Shown here: piece after piece, positions 35,534 to 44,849 of the stretch
How the letters are laid out: each line of letters begins with the position of its first letter
Numbering within the stretch: position 1 is the first letter of the stretch
Source of the DNA: Eubacteriales bacterium
GTDB taxonomy: Bacteria > Bacillota > Clostridia > Oscillospirales > QAKW01
Assembly (NCBI GenBank): GCA_045603925.1
Contig: JAZUNB010000011.1
Span: 1,734-65,733 of the forward strand
Length of the DNA: 64,000 nucleotides
Direction: 5' to 3'
Made by a program: the position numbers and the translations under genes
The notes under the pieces: model-generated
The model's input: the letters and a program-made list of their open reading frames with translations, nothing else
The model's database searches: none
Told to the model about the DNA's origin: nothing

Positions 35534-37057
35534 TTATCCTTTGGCGATCAGCAATAGTCTTTTTTCGTTCAGAATATCCTGCTCCATTTCATTGGCTGAT
35601 TTAATTGCCGAAACAGAGGTGGCATATTTTCGCGCGATATCCCAAAGCCGCTCCCCTTTTTCTGCAAAATAAACAATCAACGGTGCGGCATCTCCTTGCT
35701 CAATAGGATGCTCCGTATCCAGCCGAAGATCAGAGATCACTTCAAAGGTATGTTTTGCAAAAATCATCAATGAGCATTGAATCTCTGTTTTGATCTCCAG
35801 TTTTCCGCCTTCAAGCTTCCCATCAAAACCCAGAACGCAAGGCTTCACTTCGCACCGCATATGCTCCGATAACTGTTTGATCTCCTTTTTGACTGTAAAG
35901 GGTAAAACCTTGTCAATACTCCTGCACTGTTCTCCCTCCATCATAAAGATCGAAAGATCCAAAACACCTTCCATAGAGAGGGTTTTATTCTGGCCGGTGA
36001 TCTTTTGAATAACGGGAGTACCGATGATCTGAATGATTTCGGCCTTTGTGTCCTCCCATTGCAGTTCATGGCGCAGATGATCGATAACTTCGCTCTTTTC
36101 GATCAATTCTTCAGCACTGATCTCTGCTTGCTCGCATTCCAGCGGATAGCGGAAGGAATAGGCCTCGCTCAAAAAACGGTGCTCCAGATTCTGATAAACC
36201 TCTCCCTCGGTCAAAACAGTAGCCGTCAAAGAGATCAGGCGGTTTTTTCCGTCTTCATCCGCCTCCACATCACTGCGCAGATTCACAATACAGGCAGTTG
36301 CTTCCATCATACAATGCTCATCCTGCTGCGGCAGTTCAAGAACCTGACTGAACGGAATGGCAGTAGAAGTACTTTCCACCTTAGATGGATCCGATTCGGG
36401 AGAAAACAGTAAAAACAGATTTGCAATGCCCTTCACAATCGCTTTTCCGGGCAGGATCTTAATGTCTTTGATACAAACAGAGCCATCTGTTTTCAGAATG
36501 TCCTGAATATCGGTATGCACCTCGATCTCACCTTGGATCCTGACCGTATCGACAACATGATCCAGAACTGTATAGACTGTGGCAGGAGTAAAAAGAGCCT
36601 CCGCCTCCCCGCAGTCAAGACCCTCGATGGCCTCATTCGTTTCCTGATCCCGCACCTTTACCGCAACCGAAACCGTTGCCTTTGCGCTGATCTTTCGCGG
36701 ATTCAATAAGCGGCAGGAGGTTCCCGCAACTCGCAGAACCGTTTGCACCCAAGGCTTGGATCCGCTTTCTTTCAAAGGGAAGCTTTCGCTGAAGGCCACC
36801 GTTTCCCCAAATGACTTGATCTCGCCGCCCTCTTCCCCTTGGTAAATAATGCAAAAACGGCAGCTTCCCTCCACATTCAGCCGCTCTCCCTCGATCTCCT
36901 TGGAAATGATCACCGGCACTGCGCTGCATTGAATAATTTTTTCAGCGGCCGGAAAATAATCGGGGATCAGAAGATCGCATTCACACTTTTCTTCCCAAAA
37001 GTTTTCATACAGCGTTTTGGTCGCTGCCACCTTTGCTTGCTGCTGATTACATTCCAT
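35534..37057 (-). CDS. DUF3794/SPOCS-repeat protein with C-terminal LysM domain (SipL-like spore-coat morphogenetic protein)
   Basis: 507 aa. The C-terminus LIVYFAEKGERLWDIARKYATSVSAIKSANEM is a LysM fold pattern. The N-terminal two thirds look like repeated beta-rich DUF3794 segments, and the size matches clostridial SipL. Confidence 0.6.
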   Translation of the reverse strand: MECNQQQAKVAATKTLYENFWEEKCECDLLIPDYFPAAEKIIQCSAVPVIISKEIEGERLNVEGSCRFCIIYQGEEGGEIKSFGETVAFSESFPLKESGSKPWVQTVLRVAGTSCRLLNPRKISAKATVSVAVKVRDQETNEAIEGLDCGEAEALFTPATVYTVLDHVVDTVRIQGEIEVHTDIQDILKTDGSVCIKDIKILPGKAIVKGIANLFLLFSPESDPSKVESTSTAIPFSQVLELPQQDEHCMMEATACIVNLRSDVEADEDGKNRLISLTATVLTEGEVYQNLEHRFLSEAYSFRYPLECEQAEISAEELIEKSEVIDHLRHELQWEDTKAEIIQIIGTPVIQKITGQNKTLSMEGVLDLSIFMMEGEQCRSIDKVLPFTVKKEIKQLSEHMRCEVKPCVLGFDGKLEGGKLEIKTEIQCSLMIFAKHTFEVISDLRLDTEHPIEQGDAAPLIVYFAEKGERLWDIARKYATSVSAIKSANEMEQDILNEKRLLLIAKG

Positions 37058-37201
37058 GATCCAGGCTCCTTTGTTTTTTGATAATATCTATGCCCGGATC
37101 TTGCTATTTATGCCTCACTATGTATTTTAAAAACCCGCTTCAAAATGCCCCGCAAAAACTTCGGAGCCCTCACAACAACGATTTGCATTTAAAATCACTC
37201 C

Positions 37202-37357
37202 TTAATAGAATTTTGCGATCAAAATGCCCATGATTACCACTAAAATACAGCAGATCGCAATGATCAGAATGTCCGGCAAAAAGATCTGGATCAAAATTCC
37301 AAGGGCAATGGAGGCGGCCACGCACCCGCCGATCTTCATTAAACCGTTGCATTTCAT
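37202..37357 (-). CDS. small two-TM membrane protein (hypothetical)
   Basis: MKCNGLMKIGGCVAASIALGILIQIFLPDILIIAICCILVVIMGILIAKFY. AAGGGA lies 9 nt upstream of the ATG at 37357. The gene is weakly supported. Confidence 0.3.
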   Translation of the reverse strand: MKCNGLMKIGGCVAASIALGILIQIFLPDILIIAICCILVVIMGILIAKFY

Positions 37358-37389
37358 TCCCATCAATCCCTTTCCGCACCATTCTTGCC

Positions 37390-37779
37390 TTATTCTATGC
37401 AAAACTCCTCCGGATGGTACCAACGGTAGATCCAGGTGGAATACATTGAATTGATTTTTGCGCGGATTTCTGCAGTTGTTGCCATCGTTTCATGTTCATC
37501 TTCGGTTTGAATATAGGCGTTCAGCTTATGCAATAGGATGCCAAGCTCATCCAGCCGATCGGTGGGCACCAAGCGATGGGCAATAAAGCTTTTATCCTCA
37601 AAATATGCATCCATTTCCAGGGCGGCCGCTTTTCTCTCCTCAAAATCACCTGCATCTTCGATCAGATCCAATTGGCGGTCCATTTTCATAGCAAACCCTG
37701 TCATAAACCAAAGATCCAAGGAAACCACCAAAAGGATCGACAGGGCGATGATGCCAAGGGGAATCATCGTTCGTCTCAT
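37390..37779 (-). CDS. DUF4363-family protein
   Basis: 129 aa with an N-terminal TM helix and a helical remainder. It overlaps the stop of the DUF421 gene, which is the usual clostridial pairing. Confidence 0.65.
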   Translation of the reverse strand: MRRTMIPLGIIALSILLVVSLDLWFMTGFAMKMDRQLDLIEDAGDFEERKAAALEMDAYFEDKSFIAHRLVPTDRLDELGILLHKLNAYIQTEDEHETMATTAEIRAKINSMYSTWIYRWYHPEEFCIE

Positions 37780-38516
37780 ATATCCTCCTTGCGAATCAGA
37801 AAGGTCTTATTATTATCATCCATCGTCAGCATAAAGACATCCTCCAGCGCAACGGAATACCCTTTTAAAATCGCAGATAAGTCATGATCATCCAGGGCTC
37901 TTTCCTGCAAATTCTTTTTGAGCCGATGTCCGTTCATTACTAAAATAGTGGGAATCCCACCGCTTTCTTCGGTTTTCACCTCTAAATCCTCGGCGGTGGG
38001 CGGTGCGCATTGAGGCTTAGGGATCACCGAGACTGTTCCGTTGGTCTCCAATACGGCGATCAGAACATCCTCCACGCGGATGATCCCGTTTCCGCGCATA
38101 GCCTCCATAATGTCTTCCATCGAAACGCGGGTACGAAGCAATTCATATTGGTTCACCTTGCCCTGATTAATCAAAATGATCGGGCTTCCGTAAAACAACC
38201 GCCGAAATTTCATAGACTTCAGGGCAACAAAAGACATCAGCAATTCCAGACCCACCAATAAAAACATCGGCAGGATTCCCCAGATCAACGGCATATTCAA
38301 ATCCTGAAGGGGAAGGGACGCCAATTCCGAGATCAAAATGGTGATCACCAATTCCGAGGGCTGAAGCTCGCCGATCTGGCGTTTCCCCATGATCCGTACC
38401 GCCAAAACAACCGAAAAATACAAAACAACACATCGAAGAACACTAACTGCCACACCGATCACCTCGGTTTTATTCTTTGCTGAGAATACCATAATATGCA
38501 AAAACCCGAAGAGCAA
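37776..38516 (-). CDS. DUF421 (YetF/YrbG-like) membrane protein
   Basis: 246 aa with RIMGKRQIGELQPSELVITILISE and a soluble C-terminal domain. Confidence 0.75.
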   Translation of the reverse strand: MLFGFLHIMVFSAKNKTEVIGVAVSVLRCVVLYFSVVLAVRIMGKRQIGELQPSELVITILISELASLPLQDLNMPLIWGILPMFLLVGLELLMSFVALKSMKFRRLFYGSPIILINQGKVNQYELLRTRVSMEDIMEAMRGNGIIRVEDVLIAVLETNGTVSVIPKPQCAPPTAEDLEVKTEESGGIPTILVMNGHRLKKNLQERALDDHDLSAILKGYSVALEDVFMLTMDDNNKTFLIRKEDI

Positions 38517-38535
38517 AATGCTCTTCGGGTAATCA

Positions 38536-39504
38536 TCAGCCCTCCAGGGCCTTCAGGCGGCCTTCCAGGTCTTCAATGTATTCTTCAAAGGTAATATCGC
38601 GGTTATAGATCTCGGTTGCCACCTCAACCCCCACATAGCGGTAATGCCAGGGCTCGTAATTATAGCCGGTGATATGTTCATCACCCTTGCGGTAGCGCAA
38701 AATAAAGCCATATTCATGGGCATGAGCAGAAAACCATCTGAATTCCGCAGTTTGATCGTAATTTTCATGCAAGCATGCATATTTATTAACAATGGAGGGA
38801 ATGCAGACATCGGCCGCAAGACCGGTATGATGCTCGCTGGCGCCGGGAGGAGCATAATATTGATCGGTCAGGCGAATGGCCTCTTCTTCCGATTTTCCTT
38901 GACCCTTGTAATAATCAATCTTATTGTAGTATTTATTATATTGGCTGGAATAAGTGCGATAGCCGGAGTACAAAGTATAATTGTAGCCCGCTCTCTCCCC
39001 CGCCTTGATCAATTGCAACAGCGCATTGGAGCAGGTACTGTTCAACTGATAATAATTCGCGCGGGAGAATGCCACAAGGTTGGAAGGAACATAATCCGAA
39101 GAAACCCTATGATCACGGTTCACTAAGATCATATAGGGATCATTCAATACCGCCTTGATCTCCTCCGCGGTTTTGGGATCCGGATTTAAACCGCTTAAGG
39201 GAACATTGGACGGCTCATCCACGGAAGGCTCCGGTTCGGGTTCCGGCTCGGGTTCGGGCTCGGGCTCGGGTTCGGGCTCGGGCTCCGGCTCCGGTTCCGG
39301 TTCCGGCTCAGGCTCCGGTTCGGGCGCAGGGGTCACAGGCTCATCGGTCTGCTCATTATTGCCATCTGATTCCACGGTGGGCGCAGGATCTTCTCCTTGA
39401 GAAGGGGCCTCATCCTCCCGCAAAAGTGAGCAAGCCGAAACGATCATTATAATGACCAGACAGGCAAGCCCTAAAAACAACGCAATCTTACTTTTACTTT
39501 TCAT
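38536..39504 (-). CDS. lipoprotein D-alanyl-D-alanine carboxypeptidase (VanY / peptidase M15B) with (PE)n linker
   Basis: Lipobox IVSAC, then about 16 PE dipeptides. The catalytic domain shows SGYRTY...SEHHTGLAADV...EPWHYRYVG. Confidence 0.8.
   Translation of the reverse strand: MKSKSKIALFLGLACLVIIMIVSACSLLREDEAPSQGEDPAPTVESDGNNEQTDEPVTPAPEPEPEPEPEPEPEPEPEPEPEPEPEPEPEPEPSVDEPSNVPLSGLNPDPKTAEEIKAVLNDPYMILVNRDHRVSSDYVPSNLVAFSRANYYQLNSTCSNALLQLIKAGERAGYNYTLYSGYRTYSSQYNKYYNKIDYYKGQGKSEEEAIRLTDQYYAPPGASEHHTGLAADVCIPSIVNKYACLHENYDQTAEFRWFSAHAHEYGFILRYRKGDEHITGYNYEPWHYRYVGVEVATEIYNRDITFEEYIEDLEGRLKALEG
39227..39325 (-). repeat. coding hexanucleotide tandem repeat (ggytcs)n encoding (PE)n
   Basis: About 16.5 imperfect hexamers read directly in the sequence. 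They correspond to PEPEPE... in the 322-aa protein. Confidence 0.9.
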
Positions 39505-39537
39505 TTTTTATACCTCCAAAAACAGAAAGGATCTTTT

Positions 39538-40131
39538 ATGAAAAAAACAAATCAACGCACCATCCGATGGTCATCCATCCTCTTTTTGCTCCTTGCCGCT
39601 GCGACTTTGGCATTTGGTCTGTCAACCAACAAAGCCCCTTCCGCCGATCAAGAAACGCCTCCAAAAGCACCATTGCATCAAGCCCAAAGCGGAACCTTAA
39701 GCAATGAGGAATTCTCCCAACTGATCGAGCAAAGCTTAAAGGAATTAAACTTTGTTGAAAATGTCACTTTTTCAGGGAAAGACGACGGTTATTTCAACAT
39801 CAGCGGAACCTTCACAAATCCGGAACGATTATTGACCTTAAACAGCGAACTGCGCTCTTTTGAATTTCTTCTTACGGCGCTGAAAAACGAATCTGTTACC
39901 ATCCAAGGCCATTTGGGAAAAAACGAGCTGGGAAACGGCTGTTTTGTCACCGATACCGTAACATTTTCCGATTATACAGTTCCCGCAGGGATCGGAACGG
40001 AATATCTCGAACGATATACCACGCTGAATCAATTACTTGCCGTTCCCTTTGAGGAGATCCGCTTCAGTAAAAAGGGGGTCTCCTATGAAAACGGCTTGCC
40101 GGAGTTTATTCAAACTGCTTTGTATAAGTAG
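39538..40131 (+). CDS. hypothetical secreted or membrane-anchored protein
   Basis: 197 aa with an N-terminal hydrophobic anchor (ILFLLLAAATLAF). AAAGGA lies 6 nt before the ATG. I recognise no family. Its 3' end overlaps the convergent membrane-protein gene by 26 nt. Confidence 0.45.
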   Translation: MKKTNQRTIRWSSILFLLLAAATLAFGLSTNKAPSADQETPPKAPLHQAQSGTLSNEEFSQLIEQSLKELNFVENVTFSGKDDGYFNISGTFTNPERLLTLNSELRSFEFLLTALKNESVTIQGHLGKNELGNGCFVTDTVTFSDYTVPAGIGTEYLERYTTLNQLLAVPFEEIRFSKKGVSYENGLPEFIQTALYK

Positions 40132-41068
40132 TATTGAGTTCCTTCTTCTTCGGCATTAACCATACCAAAAGCGAAGCGGCAACAGCAACAACCCCGGCAA
40201 TGATGGGCAGGTGCCAATGCTCCAGACCGTACATTTTAATGAAGGGGATCGGCAGGATCATAAGCCCTTCCAGCAATGCCAAAAGAATACACCAAACAAT
40301 CGATACCCACAGGCGGTAAGAGCCGAATGTGATCTGATCGGCAAAGCGATCAAAGGCCACAACAACCACACCATAGAACAGCAACGCTCCTGCAAAGGAG
40401 AGATGACCGCCCACCGGCTGAAAGATCGAGATGATCGTATTATCAGCGAAACTGATAAAGCCGTCATTGATGATAGCGGGGCCGTTGAAAAGGGAATTAC
40501 CGATCAGGACCAGCGCCATGATCAATAAGTAAAAACCGATAAAGAGAATCGGCGCCATACCAAAGCCGAGGCTAAAGGATTGCCCCTGCTCTTTGATCGC
40601 GCCCCAAGAAAGGCCGAAACGCACCAAAAAGAAGTGCACGATTCCCAGCAGGCATAAGATCAAAGGGATCATAAACTGCTTCTGAGCGATCATTAAAAGC
40701 CCCAAAAGCACCGCCATACCAAAAGGAATCGAGCCAAAGACCGCCAAGGCGGTTTTGGTATGCCGATCCTTATATCCGTCAAAAAAGCTCTTTCTCACAA
40801 AAAAACGAAGCAATGAGAAAAGGCAAAGGAAAACCAGACCGACCATAGTACGGAAAAAGGGCGTATTATAATACGCAATGGTCGAAAAGGTCATCTGAAA
40901 CAGCATAACCAGGGCAGTAAACAAAAACACCGCATCGATAATGCCAACAAAAAACGCCGTTAAATGAACCTTTGTTTTTAATGCCTTCTTATAAAAAAGC
41001 AACCCGCCCGAAAGTCCCGCAACCGAGATCAGCAGAGCAATCGTATAGACAAAAATAATTGCAGCCAT
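40106..41068 (-). CDS. polytopic membrane protein (hypothetical, ~9 TM)
   Basis: 320 aa and hydrophobic throughout. The start overlaps the stop of the upstream membrane-protein gene. Confidence 0.55.
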   Translation of the reverse strand: MAAIIFVYTIALLISVAGLSGGLLFYKKALKTKVHLTAFFVGIIDAVFLFTALVMLFQMTFSTIAYYNTPFFRTMVGLVFLCLFSLLRFFVRKSFFDGYKDRHTKTALAVFGSIPFGMAVLLGLLMIAQKQFMIPLILCLLGIVHFFLVRFGLSWGAIKEQGQSFSLGFGMAPILFIGFYLLIMALVLIGNSLFNGPAIINDGFISFADNTIISIFQPVGGHLSFAGALLFYGVVVVAFDRFADQITFGSYRLWVSIVWCILLALLEGLMILPIPFIKMYGLEHWHLPIIAGVVAVAASLLVWLMPKKKELNTTYTKQFE

Positions 41069-41775
41069 CAGGAAACCTCCTTTTCCTTCTTAAAAGGAAG
41101 CGGAAGCAAAACATACGCCATGATCAGATTAAAGACCAATACCGCAGCAATAAAGCCATAGGTAATATAAACATTGGCAAACAGCAGCATCACCGCAAAC
41201 ATCAAATAATAGGAAAGCGCCAAAACGGGACTTACCAACCGATGATGCTCCAAAACAAGCTCGTAACCGATCGAAGAGACCAGGAGATAGATCACCGCGC
41301 TGATCAGCATCAAAACTCCGAAGCCAAGGGATTGGCTCATATCGATCTCACCCAGATAGATCAATCCGATAATCAAAAGATTCTGCGCCAGAATAAATCC
41401 GCAACCGAAGGTCAGACCGGCATGGCGGTTTTTCTCCTGTTTAACAAGACTGCCAAAGGTAAAAAACTTAATGGCTTCGGTGCACAGATAGAAGATCAGT
41501 AAGGCCAACGATCCGCCGACATAGATATAGGTATTGGCATTCGCCTGGTCGGAAACAGCGATGGCGGGCAAAAACACCTGCGCGGCCACCACGATCAGAA
41601 CTGCATCGATCACCAACGCCAGAAGAAAGGTAACAAAGCCTTGAAGCACCGCTTGAAATGCGATCTCCTTGCGCGCCTTTGAACAATATAAGACCAATAA
41701 GGCGGCAAGAGGAATTACTGCCCCCATCAGAATCGACGGCCAAGCCACCGCAATATTTTGCAAAAATGCACCCAT
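41068..41775 (-). CDS. polytopic membrane protein (hypothetical, ~7 TM)
   Basis: 235 aa, 3 nt after folD. I considered the YhfC/CPBP families, but the EExxR and HxxxN motifs are not evident. Confidence 0.55.
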   Translation of the reverse strand: MGAFLQNIAVAWPSILMGAVIPLAALLVLYCSKARKEIAFQAVLQGFVTFLLALVIDAVLIVVAAQVFLPAIAVSDQANANTYIYVGGSLALLIFYLCTEAIKFFTFGSLVKQEKNRHAGLTFGCGFILAQNLLIIGLIYLGEIDMSQSLGFGVLMLISAVIYLLVSSIGYELVLEHHRLVSPVLALSYYLMFAVMLLFANVYITYGFIAAVLVFNLIMAYVLLPLPFKKEKEVS

Positions 41776-41778
41776 TCT

Positions 41779-42639
41779 TTAATCCTCTTTCAAAGTCAGT
41801 TTTGCCGCTGCAAGAGTATTCTGCATCAGCATAGAAATCGTCATAGGGCCAACCCCACCGGGAACAGGAGTAATATAAGAGGCCTTCTCAAAGCAGCCCT
41901 CAAAATCCACATCACCGCAAAGCTTTCCGTTTTCATCGCGGTTCATCCCAACATCGATGACAACAGCGCCCTCCTTGATCATATCGGCAGTAATGAACTT
42001 CGCTTTTCCGATGGCAACGATCAATATATCCGCAGCCGCGGTTTTTTCAGCGAGGTCCTTGGTTTTGGAATGGCAGATCTGAACCGTTGCATTGGCATGA
42101 AGCAGCAGCATTGCCTGCGGCTTGCCCACAATATTGCTTCTTCCCACAACTACGCAATCCTTCCCTGCCACATCGATTCCGCTGTATTCCAGCAGCTTCA
42201 TAACGCCCGCAGGTGTGCAGGGCAGAAAATCATACTGACCCAGCATGATCTTTCCCACATTCTGCACATGAAAGGCATCCACATCCTTTTTGGGATCAAT
42301 GGCCGCGATCACCTTATTGGCATCCAGATGCTTGGGCAGAGGCAGCTGCACAAGGATCCCATGGATGGCAGGATCTCCATTCAGTTTTTCCACCAAGGAG
42401 AGCAATTCCTCTTCGGTGGTCTCTGCGGGAAGCGCATAGTTTTCCGAATAGAAACCTACTTCCTCGCAGGCCTTGATCTTATTACGCACATAGACCTTGG
42501 AGGCGCTGTCTTCTCCAACGATAACAACGGCCAAGCCGGGATGAACCCCTTGCTCCATCAAGGCAAGGGTCTCTTTTTTTATTGCTTCGCGAACCTGAAG
42601 GGAAATACTCTTTCCGTCAATGATCTTCGCCATCTTCAA
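41779..42639 (-). CDS. folD: bifunctional methylenetetrahydrofolate dehydrogenase/cyclohydrolase
   Basis: 286 aa with SxxYVRNK, GRSNIVGKP and PVPGGVGPMT. Confidence 0.95.
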   Translation of the reverse strand: MKMAKIIDGKSISLQVREAIKKETLALMEQGVHPGLAVVIVGEDSASKVYVRNKIKACEEVGFYSENYALPAETTEEELLSLVEKLNGDPAIHGILVQLPLPKHLDANKVIAAIDPKKDVDAFHVQNVGKIMLGQYDFLPCTPAGVMKLLEYSGIDVAGKDCVVVGRSNIVGKPQAMLLLHANATVQICHSKTKDLAEKTAAADILIVAIGKAKFITADMIKEGAVVIDVGMNRDENGKLCGDVDFEGCFEKASYITPVPGGVGPMTISMLMQNTLAAAKLTLKED

Positions 42640-43555
42640 TCACCTCATTTTCTTTCTGAGAAGCGCTCTCTTCTGCCTCCTCTTCATTAACTGCATAGTC
42701 AAACTGCGGAACATACTGCGGCTTGTCCTCTGCCTTGGCAACTGCCAGCTTCAGGCGAGCAGGCTTTTTTACCCAAACAAAGACCAAGGTGCCAAAAGAA
42801 ACCAATGCCAGCGCCAAAGCAAGCACCATATTGATCCTCAAGCCGAAAATATGCAGATTATAGGCAACATCTCTCATCGGCTCCATCCAGGCGCGGCCGA
42901 TGCCATACCAGGTCATATACATCAAAAAGAGCTCGCCCTTATACTTACGGAAATCCATATAGCCGAGAATGATCAAAAGGCCCAGAAGATTCCAAAGAGA
43001 TTCATATAAGAACAGCGGATGAACATATTCGGCAATGCAGTCTACTCCGACACCCATCCGCCAAGGAAGCTCTGTTTGCACACCGAAGACCTCCACATTG
43101 GCGAAATTGCCCCAGCGGCCGATGATCTGACCGATCATAAAGCCGATGGCAACCAGATCCAGAAGATTCGGCAAAGAGATCTTTTTCACCTTGCAGAAAA
43201 CAGCGACCGCGAGAACGGCGCCCAAAACGCCACCGTAAATGGCAAGGCCGCCGTTCCAGACGCTGATCATATCCATAAAGGAATCAAAACTGTCCAGATC
43301 GCCCAATATGTACCATACCCGCGCGCCGATAAAGCCCGCAGGCAGACCCACCAGCATTCCGTCAATAATATCATCGCCCTTGATGTCAAACCGCTTCGCC
43401 AAGCGATCGCAGATGAAATAAGCGGCTAAAATGCCGATGCAGATAATAATAGCGTACCATTCAATGGTAATATTATCTGTTATTTTAAACGCAGTGGGAT
43501 TGATGGTAAATTCCCCGATCCCGAGACCGGGAAACGACACAGTATTATAATCCAC
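42617..43555 (-). CDS. lgt: prolipoprotein diacylglyceryl transferase
   Basis: 312 aa with GARxxY-, GRWGNF- and GxxRxxxE-type blocks and an acidic C-terminal tail. Confidence 0.9.
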   Translation of the reverse strand: MDYNTVSFPGLGIGEFTINPTAFKITDNITIEWYAIIICIGILAAYFICDRLAKRFDIKGDDIIDGMLVGLPAGFIGARVWYILGDLDSFDSFMDMISVWNGGLAIYGGVLGAVLAVAVFCKVKKISLPNLLDLVAIGFMIGQIIGRWGNFANVEVFGVQTELPWRMGVGVDCIAEYVHPLFLYESLWNLLGLLIILGYMDFRKYKGELFLMYMTWYGIGRAWMEPMRDVAYNLHIFGLRINMVLALALALVSFGTLVFVWVKKPARLKLAVAKAEDKPQYVPQFDYAVNEEEAEESASQKENEVIEDGEDH

Positions 43556-43556
43556 T

Positions 43557-44849
43557 TTATACTTCCTCCTTCAGGGGCTTGATCACCGAAAGACAACTGC
43601 GCTCCCGCGCAAACATTTCCTTTGCGCGGGAAAGCAGGTCCTCTGCAGTGATCTTTTTTAATGCTTCAATAGAATCCAAGGTAACAGCGCCGTTTAAATG
43701 ATTGCCGATGAATCGGTTGACCATTCCATAGGCATGGTCGGTCTCCTGCACCAAAGCGCCGTACAGCCCATTGCGGATCTCCTTGAACCGCTCTTCCTCA
43801 ACGCCTTTTTCAAAAAGCACATTGATATGGTGAAAGGCATGCTCTTCCACCGCCTTGGGATCATCGGTCTCCCCGTTGATGACACAAAAAGAGAAATAAT
43901 CCGAAAGATCATACCAGCAATCAAATTCGTTATTGATCAAGCCCTTTTCATAAAGTTCTTTATAGAACGGAGAAGACTTGCCAAACAAATACTCCAGCAA
44001 GATCTCTACTTCCATTTCCTTTTTGGCAAGGTCAAAGCCCTCTACATCGGTATGGTTGTCCTTAAAGCCGAGATGGAAAATAGGGCGGGAAACCAACATC
44101 TCTTTTTCGGTATAGCGTACCCTTGCGGCATCCGGCTCATGAATGGGAAGCTCAATGGATGCGCGCTTCTCCCCCGCCTCAAAATAGCGGTCAACCGTCT
44201 TCAAAACCTCATCCGGAGAAACATCCCCTGCAACTGCCAAAACCAGGTTTGCGGGATGATAAAAGGTATTATAGCAATCCATAAGGATCTCGGGGGTCAA
44301 GGAATAAATATCCTCCACCGTTCCGGCAATATCACGACAGATAGGATGCTCCTGATATAATCCCTGCACCATGGTAAAATACCCCTGCCAGCCGGGCTCA
44401 TCCTCATACATTTTGATTTCCTGTGCAATGATTCCCTTTTCCTTTTCCACATTCTCTTTCGTAAGATACGGATGGGTCACAAAAGAAAGCAATACATTCA
44501 GGTTTTCTTCAAATCGGTCACTGCACACAAAATAATATGCAGTTTTATCATTGGAGGTATAGGCATTAGCCTTAGCACCGGTCTTCCCGTAAAAATCAAA
44601 GGCGTTGCCTTCTTTTCCCTCAAAGAGCTTATGCTCCAAAAAGTGAGCCGTTCCGTTGGGAACCGAGACCTCACGCCCGTCTGCGGTGGTGAAGCAAAAA
44701 TTCACCGAGCCGAACTTGGTGGCGATCATAGCCGCCTTTTTTGCCTTTTGAGGCTTGTTCATATAGTAGATCGTAAGACCGCTGGGATGGATCCATTTCT
44801 GATATTCTTCCCCGATCGCCGCGCATTGATAGGTTGTAGTTTGCATCAT
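43557..44849 (-). CDS. M16-family zinc peptidase (active subunit)
   Basis: 430 aa with the inverted zinc motif HFLEH present. Confidence 0.85.
   Translation of the reverse strand: MMQTTTYQCAAIGEEYQKWIHPSGLTIYYMNKPQKAKKAAMIATKFGSVNFCFTTADGREVSVPNGTAHFLEHKLFEGKEGNAFDFYGKTGAKANAYTSNDKTAYYFVCSDRFEENLNVLLSFVTHPYLTKENVEKEKGIIAQEIKMYEDEPGWQGYFTMVQGLYQEHPICRDIAGTVEDIYSLTPEILMDCYNTFYHPANLVLAVAGDVSPDEVLKTVDRYFEAGEKRASIELPIHEPDAARVRYTEKEMLVSRPIFHLGFKDNHTDVEGFDLAKKEMEVEILLEYLFGKSSPFYKELYEKGLINNEFDCWYDLSDYFSFCVINGETDDPKAVEEHAFHHINVLFEKGVEEERFKEIRNGLYGALVQETDHAYGMVNRFIGNHLNGAVTLDSIEALKKITAEDLLSRAKEMFARERSCLSVIKPLKEEV

Noticed and set aside
39155-39400. A plus-strand ORF encoding (GS)n, and the possibility that the hexamer repeat is a non-coding satellite or CRISPR.
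   Set aside because: The repeat lies inside a well-supported minus-strand gene (lipobox plus M15B motifs) and reads as an in-frame (PE)n linker. The (GS)n ORF is its antisense artefact.
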